A DNA stretch of 64,000 nt. Source: Minisyncoccota bacterium. GTDB lineage: Bacteria > Patescibacteriota > Minisyncoccia > Phycocordibacterales > UBA5272. Every line of letters starts with the position of its first letter. Position 1 is the first letter of the stretch. The notes under the pieces are model-generated. The model saw only the letters and a program-made list of their open reading frames with translations, searched no databases and had not been told where the DNA came from. The stretch is from contig JAXLZS010000001.1 in assembly GCA_046350775.1 (NCBI GenBank), positions 90,441 through 154,440 of the forward strand, written 5' to 3'. The position numbers and the translations under genes are program-made. Below are positions 40,180 to 51,022 of the stretch, in pieces.

Positions 40180-41673
40180 TTATTTTGCTTTCTCTTTTAT
40201 TATTTCTGTAAATAATTGAGGATTACCAGAGCCTTTTGCTTCTTTCATAGCCTGTCCGACGAAAAACATCATCAACTTATCATTTCCAGATTTTAAGTCT
40301 TCCCACTGTTTTTGATTATTTTCTATTACTGTATCTATGATTTTTTCTAGAGACTCTTTATCATTTTTTTGAATCAGTCCTTTTATTTCTGCGATCTGTC
40401 TTGCATCCATATCATTTTCACTCATCTCAAGCATTGAGTCATAAGGCAATTCTGTCATCATGAATAAAATTAAATCTTTTGCTCCGCGACTTGATAATTC
40501 ATTAGCATCTATCATTTTCATGATCTGCACAAAATCTTCTCTGTCTATATAGTGTATTAATTTTTCTGTACTTGATTTTTGCAATATACTAGACACATCT
40601 ACTATTATATAATTTACAGACAGATTTATCAGTTTATTGATCTTTACTTTTTCAAAGTCATGAGATTCTATTTCGTTTTTTATTTCATTGAAATATTTAA
40701 ACAGACTAGAGTTGTTTAGTAATAATTCCACATATTCTTCTTTTACGCCCATATCACTCATTTCTTTTCTTATGTTTGACAGAGATTCTGGTAGACTGGC
40801 TTTTATTTTATCTAGATCAAACATTGAATGTAGATATAATTTTGGTAAATCTGGATCTGGGAAATATTTATAATCAGCAGAAGTCTCTTTTTTTCTTTGT
40901 GATACAGTCACTCTTTTATTTTCTTCAAAACCTCTTGTCTCTTGGATTATTTCATTTTCTTTTCCGGTCTCGATTAATTCTGTATGTCTAGCAGCTTCGT
41001 ATCTCACAGAGTCTTCTACAGATTTGAATGAATTAATATTTTTTACTTCGACTTTGGTACCATATTTATTTTTGTCTTTTGATACAGAAAGATTAACTTC
41101 TATTCTCATCTGACCTTTACTCATTTCAGCTTCTCCTACATCTAGTGTGCGCAATATCAGTGAATATTCTTTTGCAAAATCACTACAAGCTTTTGCAGCC
41201 TCTTCTATATTCTCAAAAGTCATAGGCTCTGTCACAAGCTCTGACAAAGGTACTCCAGATCTATTAAAGTCTATCAAAGTGTGATCTCCTTGATCATGGG
41301 TCGATTTAGCAGTATCTTCTTCAAGATGAATACGGGTGAGTGGCCAATTATTTATTTTTCCTCCACTTATTATTGGATATTTGTATTGAGTGAGCTGATA
41401 AGCTTTTGGCATATCAGGGTAAAAATAATGCTTTCTATCCCACTCTGTGAAGTCAGCGATATCTGATCCTATATAAGTCCCTAGCTTTATCATCTTTTCT
41501 ATAGCTTCTTTATTTAGAGTCGGCAGAGTTCCTGGATGAGCCATACAAATAGGGCAGACATTTTTATTTGGAGAGTCTTCGAGCGGTACATTAGCACAAG
41601 AGCAGAACATTTTTGAATTAGTTTTTAATTCTGCGTGGATTTCTAGGCCGATTGTTATAAAATATTTTTCCAT
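40180..41673 (-). CDS. gatB: Asp/Glu-tRNA amidotransferase subunit B.
   Basis: IGLEIHAELKT...CSCAN...CPIC. Confidence 0.9.
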   Translation of the reverse strand: MEKYFITIGLEIHAELKTNSKMFCSCANVPLEDSPNKNVCPICMAHPGTLPTLNKEAIEKMIKLGTYIGSDIADFTEWDRKHYFYPDMPKAYQLTQYKYPIISGGKINNWPLTRIHLEEDTAKSTHDQGDHTLIDFNRSGVPLSELVTEPMTFENIEEAAKACSDFAKEYSLILRTLDVGEAEMSKGQMRIEVNLSVSKDKNKYGTKVEVKNINSFKSVEDSVRYEAARHTELIETGKENEIIQETRGFEENKRVTVSQRKKETSADYKYFPDPDLPKLYLHSMFDLDKIKASLPESLSNIRKEMSDMGVKEEYVELLLNNSSLFKYFNEIKNEIESHDFEKVKINKLINLSVNYIIVDVSSILQKSSTEKLIHYIDREDFVQIMKMIDANELSSRGAKDLILFMMTELPYDSMLEMSENDMDARQIAEIKGLIQKNDKESLEKIIDTVIENNQKQWEDLKSGNDKLMMFFVGQAMKEAKGSGNPQLFTEIIKEKAK

Positions 41674-41677
41674 AAAA

Positions 41678-42586
41678 TTATTTCGCTATTATAGCATTTT
41701 TATACCTTTTATTCCAAAGGATTTGTCTTTTCGCATATTGCCAAGATTTATTTAAAATCTCTTCTTTCATTTTTTCTAAAGTTATCTCATTTCTCAGATA
41801 CATAGTCACATATTTATATTCAAGACCAAGTGAAAGTAGCCACTCATCTTTTATTTTTAAATTATCTCTCAAAAATTTTATCTCATTTATGAGATTATTT
41901 TTTTCTTTTGCTTCCAATCTTTTTTCTAATCTTATTTTTATCTTTTCCAATAGTTCTTCTTTGTTTAAGTTAGTAAAAATAAACTCTACATCGTATTTTG
42001 GATTTTTATTTATCTGAGAAATTTTTGGTATTTCATTTTCTGCTTTTTTAGTTTCTAATATTTCTACTATTCTTATTAGTCTTCTTTTATTGTTTCTCTC
42101 GCTAGGATTTTCATTTTTAGTGAGCTCTCCCCATTTTTCTTTATTGAGTTTTTTAATTCTTAAAAGTAATTTTTCTAAATCTTCATTTTCTAATTCTTTT
42201 CTTAATAGGGGATTTGGTTTAGCATTTTTTGGAAGACCATAAATTATTGCATCAATATAAAATCCTGTACCACCACAAATGATTGGAGTTTTCTTTTTCT
42301 TTAAAATTTCTTTGATCGCTTCATTGGCGAATTTTAGATAATCAGTCACACTTTTTGTTTTTTTAATTTCTGTTGGATCAAAAATATCAAGACAATAATG
42401 CCTCACATTTTTCATTTCTTTTTTAGTTATTTTTCCAGAGCCAATATCTAGGTATCTATAGATCTGTCTCGAGTCAGCAGAAATAATTTCTCCATTTTTT
42501 TCTTTAGCTATTTTTACAGCCAGATCACTTTTTCCACTAGCTGTCGGCCCAGCCACAACGATAATTTTAGGCAAAACTTTTTTCAT
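41678..42586 (-). CDS. miaA: tRNA dimethylallyltransferase.
   Basis: IVVAGPTASGKS...SADSRQIYR. Confidence 0.9.
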   Translation of the reverse strand: MKKVLPKIIVVAGPTASGKSDLAVKIAKEKNGEIISADSRQIYRYLDIGSGKITKKEMKNVRHYCLDIFDPTEIKKTKSVTDYLKFANEAIKEILKKKKTPIICGGTGFYIDAIIYGLPKNAKPNPLLRKELENEDLEKLLLRIKKLNKEKWGELTKNENPSERNNKRRLIRIVEILETKKAENEIPKISQINKNPKYDVEFIFTNLNKEELLEKIKIRLEKRLEAKEKNNLINEIKFLRDNLKIKDEWLLSLGLEYKYVTMYLRNEITLEKMKEEILNKSWQYAKRQILWNKRYKNAIIAK

Positions 42587-42624
42587 AATTTAGATAATAT
42601 CACAAAACAAAATAAAGTATATTT

Positions 42625-43383
42625 TTATTTCTCTAATATTAAACTTTTGATTTCTAAAATATTATAATTTTTTACTTCGATACTATCTCCCAATATTTCC
42701 GGCTGTTTACCAATTAAAAAATCATAGACAGCGATATCGCGAGCGAGTATTTCTCTACCAAAAGTTTTTATATTTATAAAAATATTTTGAAAGTTATTTG
42801 GGTATGGATACTCTGCATTAAATCCTATTGCGACTATTCCATTTTTACGAGCAATAAAGACAGCTCTTTCATTGTGAAATTTTTGAGAGATGATGGTGAT
42901 ATTATTTTGATTAAAAATTTCATAGCTTCGCAGTACTGAGTCTAGAGTTCGTCTTCCAGCAAAATCAGATATTATGTATCCAGAGTCGACGCCCAGCTTT
43001 AACAGATAATTTCTCATATATTTTGGCTCATTATAAGAGACTGTGCGATTATCGCCAGAGACTAGGACATATTCTATTTTCTTATTTTTAATTAGATCGT
43101 CAGCTGCTTTCATTCTGGTCACAAAAAATTTGCTAACTTCTCCGCTGGATGTGACAGGCGAGGTACCAAGCGATAGGCCTACTTTGTTTTCTGGTAATTT
43201 TTCCAGATCGGAATAAATAAAATTTTTAGAATAATGAGATATATAAAAGTAAATGAAAAGAGAAATTAGGATGAAAATTGTGAGCAAGACTAAGAAAAAG
43301 ATGAATATTTTTTTAAATATTTTTCGGAAAGATATATTATTGAAAATAGATATCTTTTTCATATTATGGCTAGATAATAGCAA
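42625..43383 (-). CDS. SanA/YdcF (DUF218) family membrane protein.
   Basis: N-terminal TM segment plus a DUF218-like core, VLVSGDN... Confidence 0.6.
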   Translation of the reverse strand: MLLSSHNMKKISIFNNISFRKIFKKIFIFFLVLLTIFILISLFIYFYISHYSKNFIYSDLEKLPENKVGLSLGTSPVTSSGEVSKFFVTRMKAADDLIKNKKIEYVLVSGDNRTVSYNEPKYMRNYLLKLGVDSGYIISDFAGRRTLDSVLRSYEIFNQNNITIISQKFHNERAVFIARKNGIVAIGFNAEYPYPNNFQNIFINIKTFGREILARDIAVYDFLIGKQPEILGDSIEVKNYNILEIKSLILEK

Positions 43384-43501
43384 TTTTTAATAAAAAAGTC
43401 ATTATTTTTAAATTATTGACAAAATATGTATCTTATGCTAAGATATATATAGGTTGAGATTATAATTATTTCAACAAAAAATCATTAAAATTCTAAATAA
43501 G

Positions 43502-43945
43502 ATGAAAGATTGTCAAACACAAAGCACGACGCAAAAAATGACAAAGGAACATTGGTTCTTATTTTTTCAGATCGTGTTGGCGGCAGTATTTTCTATATTG
43601 CTTACGACAACTCGATTTATGAATGGATTCAATGGTCATCTTGATCACAAGCCAGATCCTTACATATTTATCCAGAATCATGGCATTTTCAGGTATCTCG
43701 CATTTTCATTCTGGACATGGAGTGATGTTGGCTTGAGTAATTATACAAGAGCTGACAATTATTCTTTTGTCTGTTTTGCGATTTTATTTGGAGTTTGGAT
43801 TTATATTTTTGTTAAATCTTTCCAGGGTGTGGTCAAAAATAAAAATATCAATGATTATATGCTCGCTATGATTTTATATCAAACAGCATTCATTGTTTTT
43901 TCTTTTTTAGCACTTCCACAAATTCTGGAATATTCGAGTCGATAA
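43502..43945 (+). CDS. Hypothetical membrane protein.
   Basis: ORF with TM segments. Confidence 0.4.
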   Translation: MKDCQTQSTTQKMTKEHWFLFFQIVLAAVFSILLTTTRFMNGFNGHLDHKPDPYIFIQNHGIFRYLAFSFWTWSDVGLSNYTRADNYSFVCFAILFGVWIYIFVKSFQGVVKNKNINDYMLAMILYQTAFIVFSFLALPQILEYSSR

Positions 43946-44017
43946 AAACATTTCCAAACAGCTAAAACCTTTTTAATTTTAAAAATTAAAAGGGTTTTTA
44001 TTTTTATAAAATTTAGT

Positions 44018-44101
44018 CTGGTGCCGAAGGTGGGACTTGAACCCACAAGCCGTAAGGCATGCGATTTTGAGTCGCACGTGTATACCATTCCACCACTTCG
44101 G
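44018..44101 (-). tRNA. tRNA-Leu (CAA) with a long variable arm and encoded CCA.
   Basis: Reverse complement gives GCCGAAGTGGTGGAATGGTA...CTCAAAA loop...GGTTCAAGTCC...CACCA. Confidence 0.85.
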
Positions 44102-44170
44102 CAAGTGATTTTAATATATTAGCATATTTTTTAATTTTGGTATATATTTGTTTTTAGTAAAATTTCTCAA

Positions 44171-44557
44171 ATGAGAGCAGCTTATGTATCTGACGATTTT
44201 TTGATCTGCCTTTCTTCAAAAGACTTGGAAATATTAAAACAACAAAAACAGATCAGCGGTTTTATATTAGTTTATGATAATATCTGGAAATTTTTATTAA
44301 AAACTCCAAAAAAGAAAATTGATGTTTCTGGGCTTTTGTTTAGTAAAAAGTTTAAAAAAATTGAACTAAATTTAAGCAGAGAAGATATTCAGCACCTTCT
44401 AAAAAGAGGTTTACTTCAGGATAGAATTGGATCAACTAATGTCTATTTTTATTCAGAAAACCACGACCCTGAGAGATTTAATGAAAAATGTTCCTGTATA
44501 AACATCTTATTTTTTCAATCAGAAGAGAAAGGTAGATTTCCACAGTCGCTTCTTTAA
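44171..44557 (+). CDS. Hypothetical protein.
   Basis: ORF only. Confidence 0.35.
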   Translation: MRAAYVSDDFLICLSSKDLEILKQQKQISGFILVYDNIWKFLLKTPKKKIDVSGLLFSKKFKKIELNLSREDIQHLLKRGLLQDRIGSTNVYFYSENHDPERFNEKCSCINILFFQSEEKGRFPQSLL

Positions 44558-44611
44558 TGGGGCGACTTTTTTAATGCTATACTGGATAAATAAAAATATT
44601 ATTTTAATTTT

Positions 44612-45772
44612 ATGGCAGAGTTACAAAATGCAGTCTTTTGGATAGAGACAAGTAAAATATTACCAAATCCTTATCAGCCAAGAAGAGAATTTGATGAGAA
44701 AAATTTAAAGGATTTAGCTGAAAGTATTCGTCAATATGGAGTGCTTCAACCTCTAGTAGTCACAAGAAGAGAGGATCCACATGACGATGGGTCTATCTCT
44801 GTTGCTTACGAATTGATTGCTGGAGAAAGAAGATTGCGAGCATCAAAATTGGCCGGAGTAAAAGAAGTGCCTTGTGTGGTACGTGTCGGTGATGATAATA
44901 GATCAAAACTCGAACTGGCTATCATTGAAAATATTCAGAGAGAAGATCTCAATTCTGTTGATCGTGCAAAATCATTTCAGCAGCTTGCCGACGAATTTAA
45001 ACTTTCTTGGAGTGATATTGGCAAAAAAGTCGGTAAAAGTCGTGAATATGTTTCTAATACAGTTCGTATTTTGATGCTTCCACAAGAAATACTAGACGCA
45101 TTGGTCGCTGGAAAGATATCAGAAGGACACACAAGACCTCTACTCATGCTCATAGATAAGCCTGCTGAGCAGATCACTCTTTTTAAAGAGATGCTCATGC
45201 GAAAAATGACTGTACGCGAAGCAGAGAGTCTTGCTCGCAGAGTAGCCTATGAAAAGATACGCAAAAAATCTCTCATGAGCAATCCTGAAGTGATAGATCT
45301 CGAAGAAAGACTTGCTACCAGCCTTGGTACTCGTGTACATATAGAGCCAAAAGAAAAAGGTGGAAAGATAACTATTGATTATTTTTCTCATGATGAATTG
45401 CTTGCTCTCACTACACTCTTAAAAAGAGCTGGTACAGAAAAGACTCATGAAGGTATGTTTGATAAAATCAGAAAAGAGATGGATATAGATTCAGCTTCAC
45501 CACTCGCAAATGCCGTCATGATGGAAATGGCTAATCAAAATTTAGAAAATAACAAAGAAGAAATTTTGCCTACAAAAAATATAGAGAATATTTTGCCTGA
45601 TACTATTAATCCAGAAAATCATATCAATGAAATAATTTCTCCAAATCAAGCAATAGAAGAAAATCAAAATGATATAGATACTTTTACTCTGGACGACAGA
45701 AGTAAAGAAGAGATAAAAGCTGACGAAGAAAGGGAAGACGATCTATACGATATCACAAATTTTAGTATTTAA
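44612..45772 (+). CDS. parB: ParB/Spo0J chromosome partitioning protein with a long low-complexity C-terminal extension.
   Basis: LPNPYQPRREFDE...ELIAGERRLRAS. Confidence 0.9.
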   Translation: MAELQNAVFWIETSKILPNPYQPRREFDEKNLKDLAESIRQYGVLQPLVVTRREDPHDDGSISVAYELIAGERRLRASKLAGVKEVPCVVRVGDDNRSKLELAIIENIQREDLNSVDRAKSFQQLADEFKLSWSDIGKKVGKSREYVSNTVRILMLPQEILDALVAGKISEGHTRPLLMLIDKPAEQITLFKEMLMRKMTVREAESLARRVAYEKIRKKSLMSNPEVIDLEERLATSLGTRVHIEPKEKGGKITIDYFSHDELLALTTLLKRAGTEKTHEGMFDKIRKEMDIDSASPLANAVMMEMANQNLENNKEEILPTKNIENILPDTINPENHINEIISPNQAIEENQNDIDTFTLDDRSKEEIKADEEREDDLYDITNFSI

Positions 45773-47316
45773 TTTACAAAAAATTTATCGATAGTACCTC
45801 CGTGCTCTTTTATGTAGTTGCGGATATGTCTTTTAGCGTTTGGAGTAAAAGCGTAATCTATCCATTTGCGAGAAGGTTTGGCGTCTTCTTTGGTTATTAT
45901 TTCAACAATGTCTCTGTCTTTTAATTTTGTATTTAAAGATACCATCTTTCCATTCACAATGACTCCTGAGACATGTGTTCCTATATCAGAGTGAACAGCA
46001 AAGGCAAAATCTATCACTCCAGCACCTTGTGGTAATTCTATAATGTCTCCTTTTGGTGTATGGATAAACATCTTTTTATCTAAAAATTGCTCTTTTAGAT
46101 TTTTTATAAAATCTTTGTTTTCTGGTATATTTTCTTGAATTTTTAGCAATTCTTTTGTCCAGGAAATCTTTTCATTTAGATTTTTTATATTGTTTTCCTG
46201 ATGTTTATTTTTGATTTTTGCTTGGTCTCCTGCTTCTTTGTAGAAAAGGTGAGAGGCAATACCGTATTCTGCTTCTTCATGCATTTTTTGTGTTCTTATT
46301 TGTACTTCAAATGTTCCTCCTTCTCCATCAAACACTGTGGTGTGTAGAGATTGATATCCATTTGGTTTTGGGATCGCGATATAATCTTTAAATCTTCCGG
46401 GTACAGGCTTGTAAAGTCCGTGAATCACTCCTAATACTTGATAGCAGGTTCCTACATCATCTACTATGATACGCATAGCAGCAATGTCATAGATTTTTTG
46501 TATATCCCAATTATATTTTTTTAATTTTTCGTAAAGAGAAAATAAATGTTTTAATCTATGATCTATTTTTATAAAATGGATATTGAAAATCTTCAATTCT
46601 TCTTTTACTCTTTCCAATATATCTAAAAGATAATTTTCAGAAGAAGATTTTGTCGCATCAAACATAGATTTCACTTTCTGAAAATCCTCTGAATAAGCAT
46701 AAGGAAAAGCTTTATCTTCTAATTCGCTTTTTAATTTACCCATACCGATACGATCCGCCAGGCGAGCATGTATTTCGAGAGTCTCTATAGCTATTCTTTT
46801 TTGTTTTTCTTTTGGTAAATATTCTAGAGTTGAGATATTGTGTAGTCTATCGCAAAGCTTTATCACGACTACGCGCACATCGTCTGCCATGGCAATGAAA
46901 AATTTACGCATACTTTCTACATGTCTTTCTACTCCTTTGTATTTTATAGTTCCCAATTTTGTCACGCCTTCTATTAAAAATAATACATCATGTCCAAATT
47001 CTTTTTGTATTTCTTCTTTTGTGATTTTGGTATCCTCAAGCGTATCATGTAGAAGTCCGGCTACTATTGTATCGACGTCCATGTTTTGTTTGGCGATATT
47101 TATGGCTGTAGCCACACAATGATTAAAATAAGGTTCACCAGAGTTTCTTTTTTGTCCCTCATGAGCTAATTTGGCAAAATTATAAGCTTTTTCTATTATT
47201 TCTTTATCGTTTTCTTCTAAAATATGATCTTTTGGCACAGCTTGAAATATCTCTTCTACATCAGCAGTTAAAAAAGTAGTGTTTACATTATTTTTATCAA
47301 TAGGGGTCTCGGTCAT
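45769..47316 (-). CDS. rel: (p)ppGpp synthetase/hydrolase Rel, short form (HD + synthetase + TGS, no ACT domain).
   Basis: HD motif LLHDTLEDT and the RelA/SpoT synthetase core; 515 aa. Confidence 0.85.
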   Translation of the reverse strand: MTETPIDKNNVNTTFLTADVEEIFQAVPKDHILEENDKEIIEKAYNFAKLAHEGQKRNSGEPYFNHCVATAINIAKQNMDVDTIVAGLLHDTLEDTKITKEEIQKEFGHDVLFLIEGVTKLGTIKYKGVERHVESMRKFFIAMADDVRVVVIKLCDRLHNISTLEYLPKEKQKRIAIETLEIHARLADRIGMGKLKSELEDKAFPYAYSEDFQKVKSMFDATKSSSENYLLDILERVKEELKIFNIHFIKIDHRLKHLFSLYEKLKKYNWDIQKIYDIAAMRIIVDDVGTCYQVLGVIHGLYKPVPGRFKDYIAIPKPNGYQSLHTTVFDGEGGTFEVQIRTQKMHEEAEYGIASHLFYKEAGDQAKIKNKHQENNIKNLNEKISWTKELLKIQENIPENKDFIKNLKEQFLDKKMFIHTPKGDIIELPQGAGVIDFAFAVHSDIGTHVSGVIVNGKMVSLNTKLKDRDIVEIITKEDAKPSRKWIDYAFTPNAKRHIRNYIKEHGGTIDKFFVN

Positions 47317-47451
47317 AATTATTGTTTTATTTTAACATTTAAATAGATTTTGGCAAGTCTTTTAGTATCTTATTTGACAAAACTATATATTTGTGTATAA
47401 TAATATTATTGTTCTTTTAATTTTTATTTTTCAAATCAAAAAATTTTTATT

Positions 47452-47817
47452 ATGCCTACTGATCTCTCTGTTTCCACTACAACCAGAAAAGACATTTACA
47501 AAGTATCATTAACAAGTGAATTAAAGGAAAAAATTATCGAATTAAAAATCATGGCTGATCGTAAAATTTCGTTTGATGATTATATACTTGATGAAGTAGG
47601 TCATTTTCATCCAAAGCAACTGGAAAGGATTTGTAAAACAAATTATAAATATATTTGTGTTTCTCGAATTGGCAATCAGCTCACTTATTATGTAGCTATA
47701 ACTCGAAAAAACTTTAAATGGTACTCAACCTTCTCTGATATCAGAGAAGCTATAAAGGCTATTAAAGTAAAATTTCGTGAGCATAAGATGCCCTGTAAAA
47801 GCATAAAAATTTATTAA
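47452..47817 (+). CDS. Hypothetical protein.
   Basis: ORF only. Confidence 0.35.
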   Translation: MPTDLSVSTTTRKDIYKVSLTSELKEKIIELKIMADRKISFDDYILDEVGHFHPKQLERICKTNYKYICVSRIGNQLTYYVAITRKNFKWYSTFSDIREAIKAIKVKFREHKMPCKSIKIY

Positions 47818-47828
47818 TACCAAAACTA

Positions 47829-47867
47829 AAAAACCACTGCAGTGCAGTGGTTTCTTTTTTATTTTTT
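47829..47867. terminator. Bidirectional palindromic terminator.
   Basis: aaaccactgcagtgcagtggttt followed by cttttttatttttt. Confidence 0.75.
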
Positions 47868-50075
47868 ATCTAATTTGTGAGGATTGTGATTTGGACAAGA
47901 TTTATTTGAGCATCTTTCTGGGATAGTCTTGGTACCTTCCATCATGAGTTCGTGGCAAAGATTACAATAGTTTCCAGTTGGCTTGGCTTTGATAGCCAAT
48001 TTACAATCAGGATAATTTGAACAAGAATAAAATATTCCAAATCTTCCACGTCTTTCTTCGAGATATCCAGTCTCGCATTTGTTGCATTTTACTCCGGTAT
48101 TCTTTTTTTGTTTTTCTTCTTCACTTTGCTCTATATATTTACATTTCGGATAATTTGAGCAGGCGATAAATTTACCAAATCTACCAGTTCTTTCTATCAA
48201 CTTACCTTTTTCACATTTTGGACAAATTTTTCCAGTATCTTTTGGACCTTCCATTATTTCACCATCTATTGTTCTTGCTCCAGAGCAATCAGGGAATCTT
48301 GAGCAAGACAAGAATTTTCCAGATTTTGATAATTTTACTATCATTTTTGATCCACAGACTGGGCATTTAATATTTTCATCTGCTTCACCGAAATTGTTTT
48401 GTTTTTCTATTTTGTCTTTGGCTTTGATTTCTTTTTGAAATGGTCCATAAAAATCAGTTAATAATTTTTTATAAGTTAATTTTCCTTCAGCTACTTCATC
48501 TAGCTCATTTTCCATCTCTTTTGTAAAATCATCAGAAATATATTTGGCAAAATTATTTTCTAGAAAATCAGAGACTACTTCTCCTGTATCAGTTGGAAAA
48601 AGTGCTTTGTTTATTTTTTCAACATAGCCACGATCTTCTATAGTAGAAATAATAGAAGCATAAGTCGATGGGCGACCAATATCTCTTTTTTCGAGTTCTT
48701 TAATCAGACTAGCTTCACTATATCTTCCTGGAGGAGTTGTCTCTTTTTCAGTACTTGCTATAGCTTTTAAATTCAAATCATCATGGACAAAGATCTTTGG
48801 CAAAGTTACATCATCACTTTTTCCATCTGGATCAACTTTTAGCCAACCATCAAATAATACGACAGACCCATTTACAGAAAAATTTGGAAAATCTTTTTTA
48901 TTTTTTAAATTGGCAGTGATTTTAGTTCTTAAAAGTTTTGCATCACTCATCTGAGAGGCGACAGTCCTATTCCAGATCAAAGAATAAAGTCTCTGTTCGT
49001 CTGAATTTGATCCAGCGTATTGTGTACTGGCATGAGTAGGGCGAATAGCTTCATGAGCTTCTTGTGCATTTTTAGATTTAGCTTTGTAAATTCTTTTTTC
49101 TAGATATTCTGATCCATATTGTTTTAAGACAAATTTTTCTATTTCAGAAATCGCAGAAGCGGCTAAATTTGTAGAATCTGTACGCATGTATGTGATCAGA
49201 CCTTTTTCATACAATTTTTGAGCTATCATCATAGTCTTTTTTGGAGCAAAGCCAAGCCGAGACGATGCGGTCTGCTGAAGAGTTGAAGTGGTAAATGGAG
49301 CTTTTGGACTAGATTTTACATTTGTTTCTTTTACATCTTTGACTGTCCACTCATTTTCTTTTCCTTCTTTCAAAATTTTATCTGTCAGCTTTTTAGCTTC
49401 TTCTTCACTCAATTCTGGATTTATACCAGGCTCTAATTCACAATCAAATACTAATTTGTATTTCTTAGATTCTTTTAATTTTCCTACAGTTTCAAGCTCT
49501 GCCGCAATATTAAAATATTTTACAGGTACAAAAGCGCGTATCTCTCTTTCTCTTTCCATTATTATACGAAGTGCAGGTGATTGAACTCTTCCAGCAGAGA
49601 GGCCATATCTGACTTTTTTCCAAATTATTCCAGAAAGATCATATCCTACTAGTCTATCAAGTACACGACGAGCTTCTTGAGCTTCTTTCAGATTCATATC
49701 TATATCACGAGTATGCTTTAGAGCTTCTATTACAGCATCTTTGGTAATCTCATAAAACACAGCTCTCTCAGATTTTTTGAGATCACAAGCTTCTTTGACA
49801 TGCCAAGCGATAGCCTCTCCTTCACGGTCGGGGTCTGTCGCTAAGATGACTTTATCAGCTTTTTTAGCTAGAGATTTTATTTCAGAAATTACTTTTTCTT
49901 TTCCTTTTGATATTTCGTATGTCGGAATAAATCCGCCTTCAATGTCGATGGCTTTTTTGTTTGATTTTGGCAAATCGCGAATATGTCCAATACTGGCTCT
50001 CACTGTATATTCACCACCAAGATATTTTTCTATTGTTTTAGCTTTGCTAGGGGATTCTACGATTAATAATTTCAT
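47859..50075 (-). CDS. topA: DNA topoisomerase I with C-terminal zinc ribbons.
   Basis: MKLLIVESPSKAKTIEKYLG Toprim motif, followed by C4 ribbons. Confidence 0.95.
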   Translation of the reverse strand: MKLLIVESPSKAKTIEKYLGGEYTVRASIGHIRDLPKSNKKAIDIEGGFIPTYEISKGKEKVISEIKSLAKKADKVILATDPDREGEAIAWHVKEACDLKKSERAVFYEITKDAVIEALKHTRDIDMNLKEAQEARRVLDRLVGYDLSGIIWKKVRYGLSAGRVQSPALRIIMEREREIRAFVPVKYFNIAAELETVGKLKESKKYKLVFDCELEPGINPELSEEEAKKLTDKILKEGKENEWTVKDVKETNVKSSPKAPFTTSTLQQTASSRLGFAPKKTMMIAQKLYEKGLITYMRTDSTNLAASAISEIEKFVLKQYGSEYLEKRIYKAKSKNAQEAHEAIRPTHASTQYAGSNSDEQRLYSLIWNRTVASQMSDAKLLRTKITANLKNKKDFPNFSVNGSVVLFDGWLKVDPDGKSDDVTLPKIFVHDDLNLKAIASTEKETTPPGRYSEASLIKELEKRDIGRPSTYASIISTIEDRGYVEKINKALFPTDTGEVVSDFLENNFAKYISDDFTKEMENELDEVAEGKLTYKKLLTDFYGPFQKEIKAKDKIEKQNNFGEADENIKCPVCGSKMIVKLSKSGKFLSCSRFPDCSGARTIDGEIMEGPKDTGKICPKCEKGKLIERTGRFGKFIACSNYPKCKYIEQSEEEKQKKNTGVKCNKCETGYLEERRGRFGIFYSCSNYPDCKLAIKAKPTGNYCNLCHELMMEGTKTIPERCSNKSCPNHNPHKLDKK

Positions 50076-50182
50076 AAAATGATTTTTTAAAATAAAAAGA
50101 CAATTAAGATTTTAATTATGTAAATAAATATTAATTGTCATTATAGCACACGAGTATACACGAGAAATTTATTTTTGCAAAA

Positions 50183-50998
50183 TTAATTTGTAGTACTCGT
50201 AACAATTTTATTTATATTATTATTTATAAGAGAATCATCCATATATATATCAGCTTTTATTCTGGTGAGTTCAGTATCTAATCCTAGATATCCAGAATCA
50301 TTGATTGTACGGTGTGTCGTAACATATTTTTCAAACTCATATTCTGAATCCGGTAATTTAATCATTACCGATTTACCAATATATTCTTTTTGTATCTTAT
50401 TTTCTATCTTTTGTATAGTCTCAGTTGAACAATTAGATGCAATCCATATATTGTTTCTTACTTTTACATCAGTATTTGAAAATGAAAATTCAAACCATAA
50501 TAAAAAGCCATTATAAGCATCTTCTTGATATAAAGATAAACTGGATATATTTTTTGGGCTAGAAAATAATGTTATATATTTTTCATAATATTGCTTTATA
50601 ATTTGCGAATCTTTTTCTGCTTTTAATTGAAACCTTTGATCATCTTCTCTAATTCTTTTTTCTCCTGCATAATTCATAAGATAAAAAATAAGACCTATTA
50701 GTGTAGTTAATATGATAAATATACCTAAGATTTTTGTAGTGATATCAGTATTGTGAATTTCTTTATTTTCTTGATTTTCTATCAGATTAGGTTCTAATCT
50801 ATTTTTTTTCTTGTTAATTATTTTTATAGTTACATAATAAATTATAGATAAAGGTAAAAAACCAATACAAAATATAGTAATATATATAATTGAGTATGGA
50901 TATCCTGTAAATAAAAATATAAATAAAATTATAAATATTATTATAAATAATGATGAGATAGATTTACTTAGTATATTTTTATTTTTTTGATTATTCAT
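50183..50998 (-). CDS. Hypothetical membrane protein.
   Basis: ORF with TM segments. Confidence 0.4.
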   Translation of the reverse strand: MNNQKNKNILSKSISSLFIIIFIILFIFLFTGYPYSIIYITIFCIGFLPLSIIYYVTIKIINKKKNRLEPNLIENQENKEIHNTDITTKILGIFIILTTLIGLIFYLMNYAGEKRIREDDQRFQLKAEKDSQIIKQYYEKYITLFSSPKNISSLSLYQEDAYNGFLLWFEFSFSNTDVKVRNNIWIASNCSTETIQKIENKIQKEYIGKSVMIKLPDSEYEFEKYVTTHRTINDSGYLGLDTELTRIKADIYMDDSLINNNINKIVTSTTN

Positions 50999-51022
50999 AT
51001 TTTTGTTTTTTGATATTTTACT

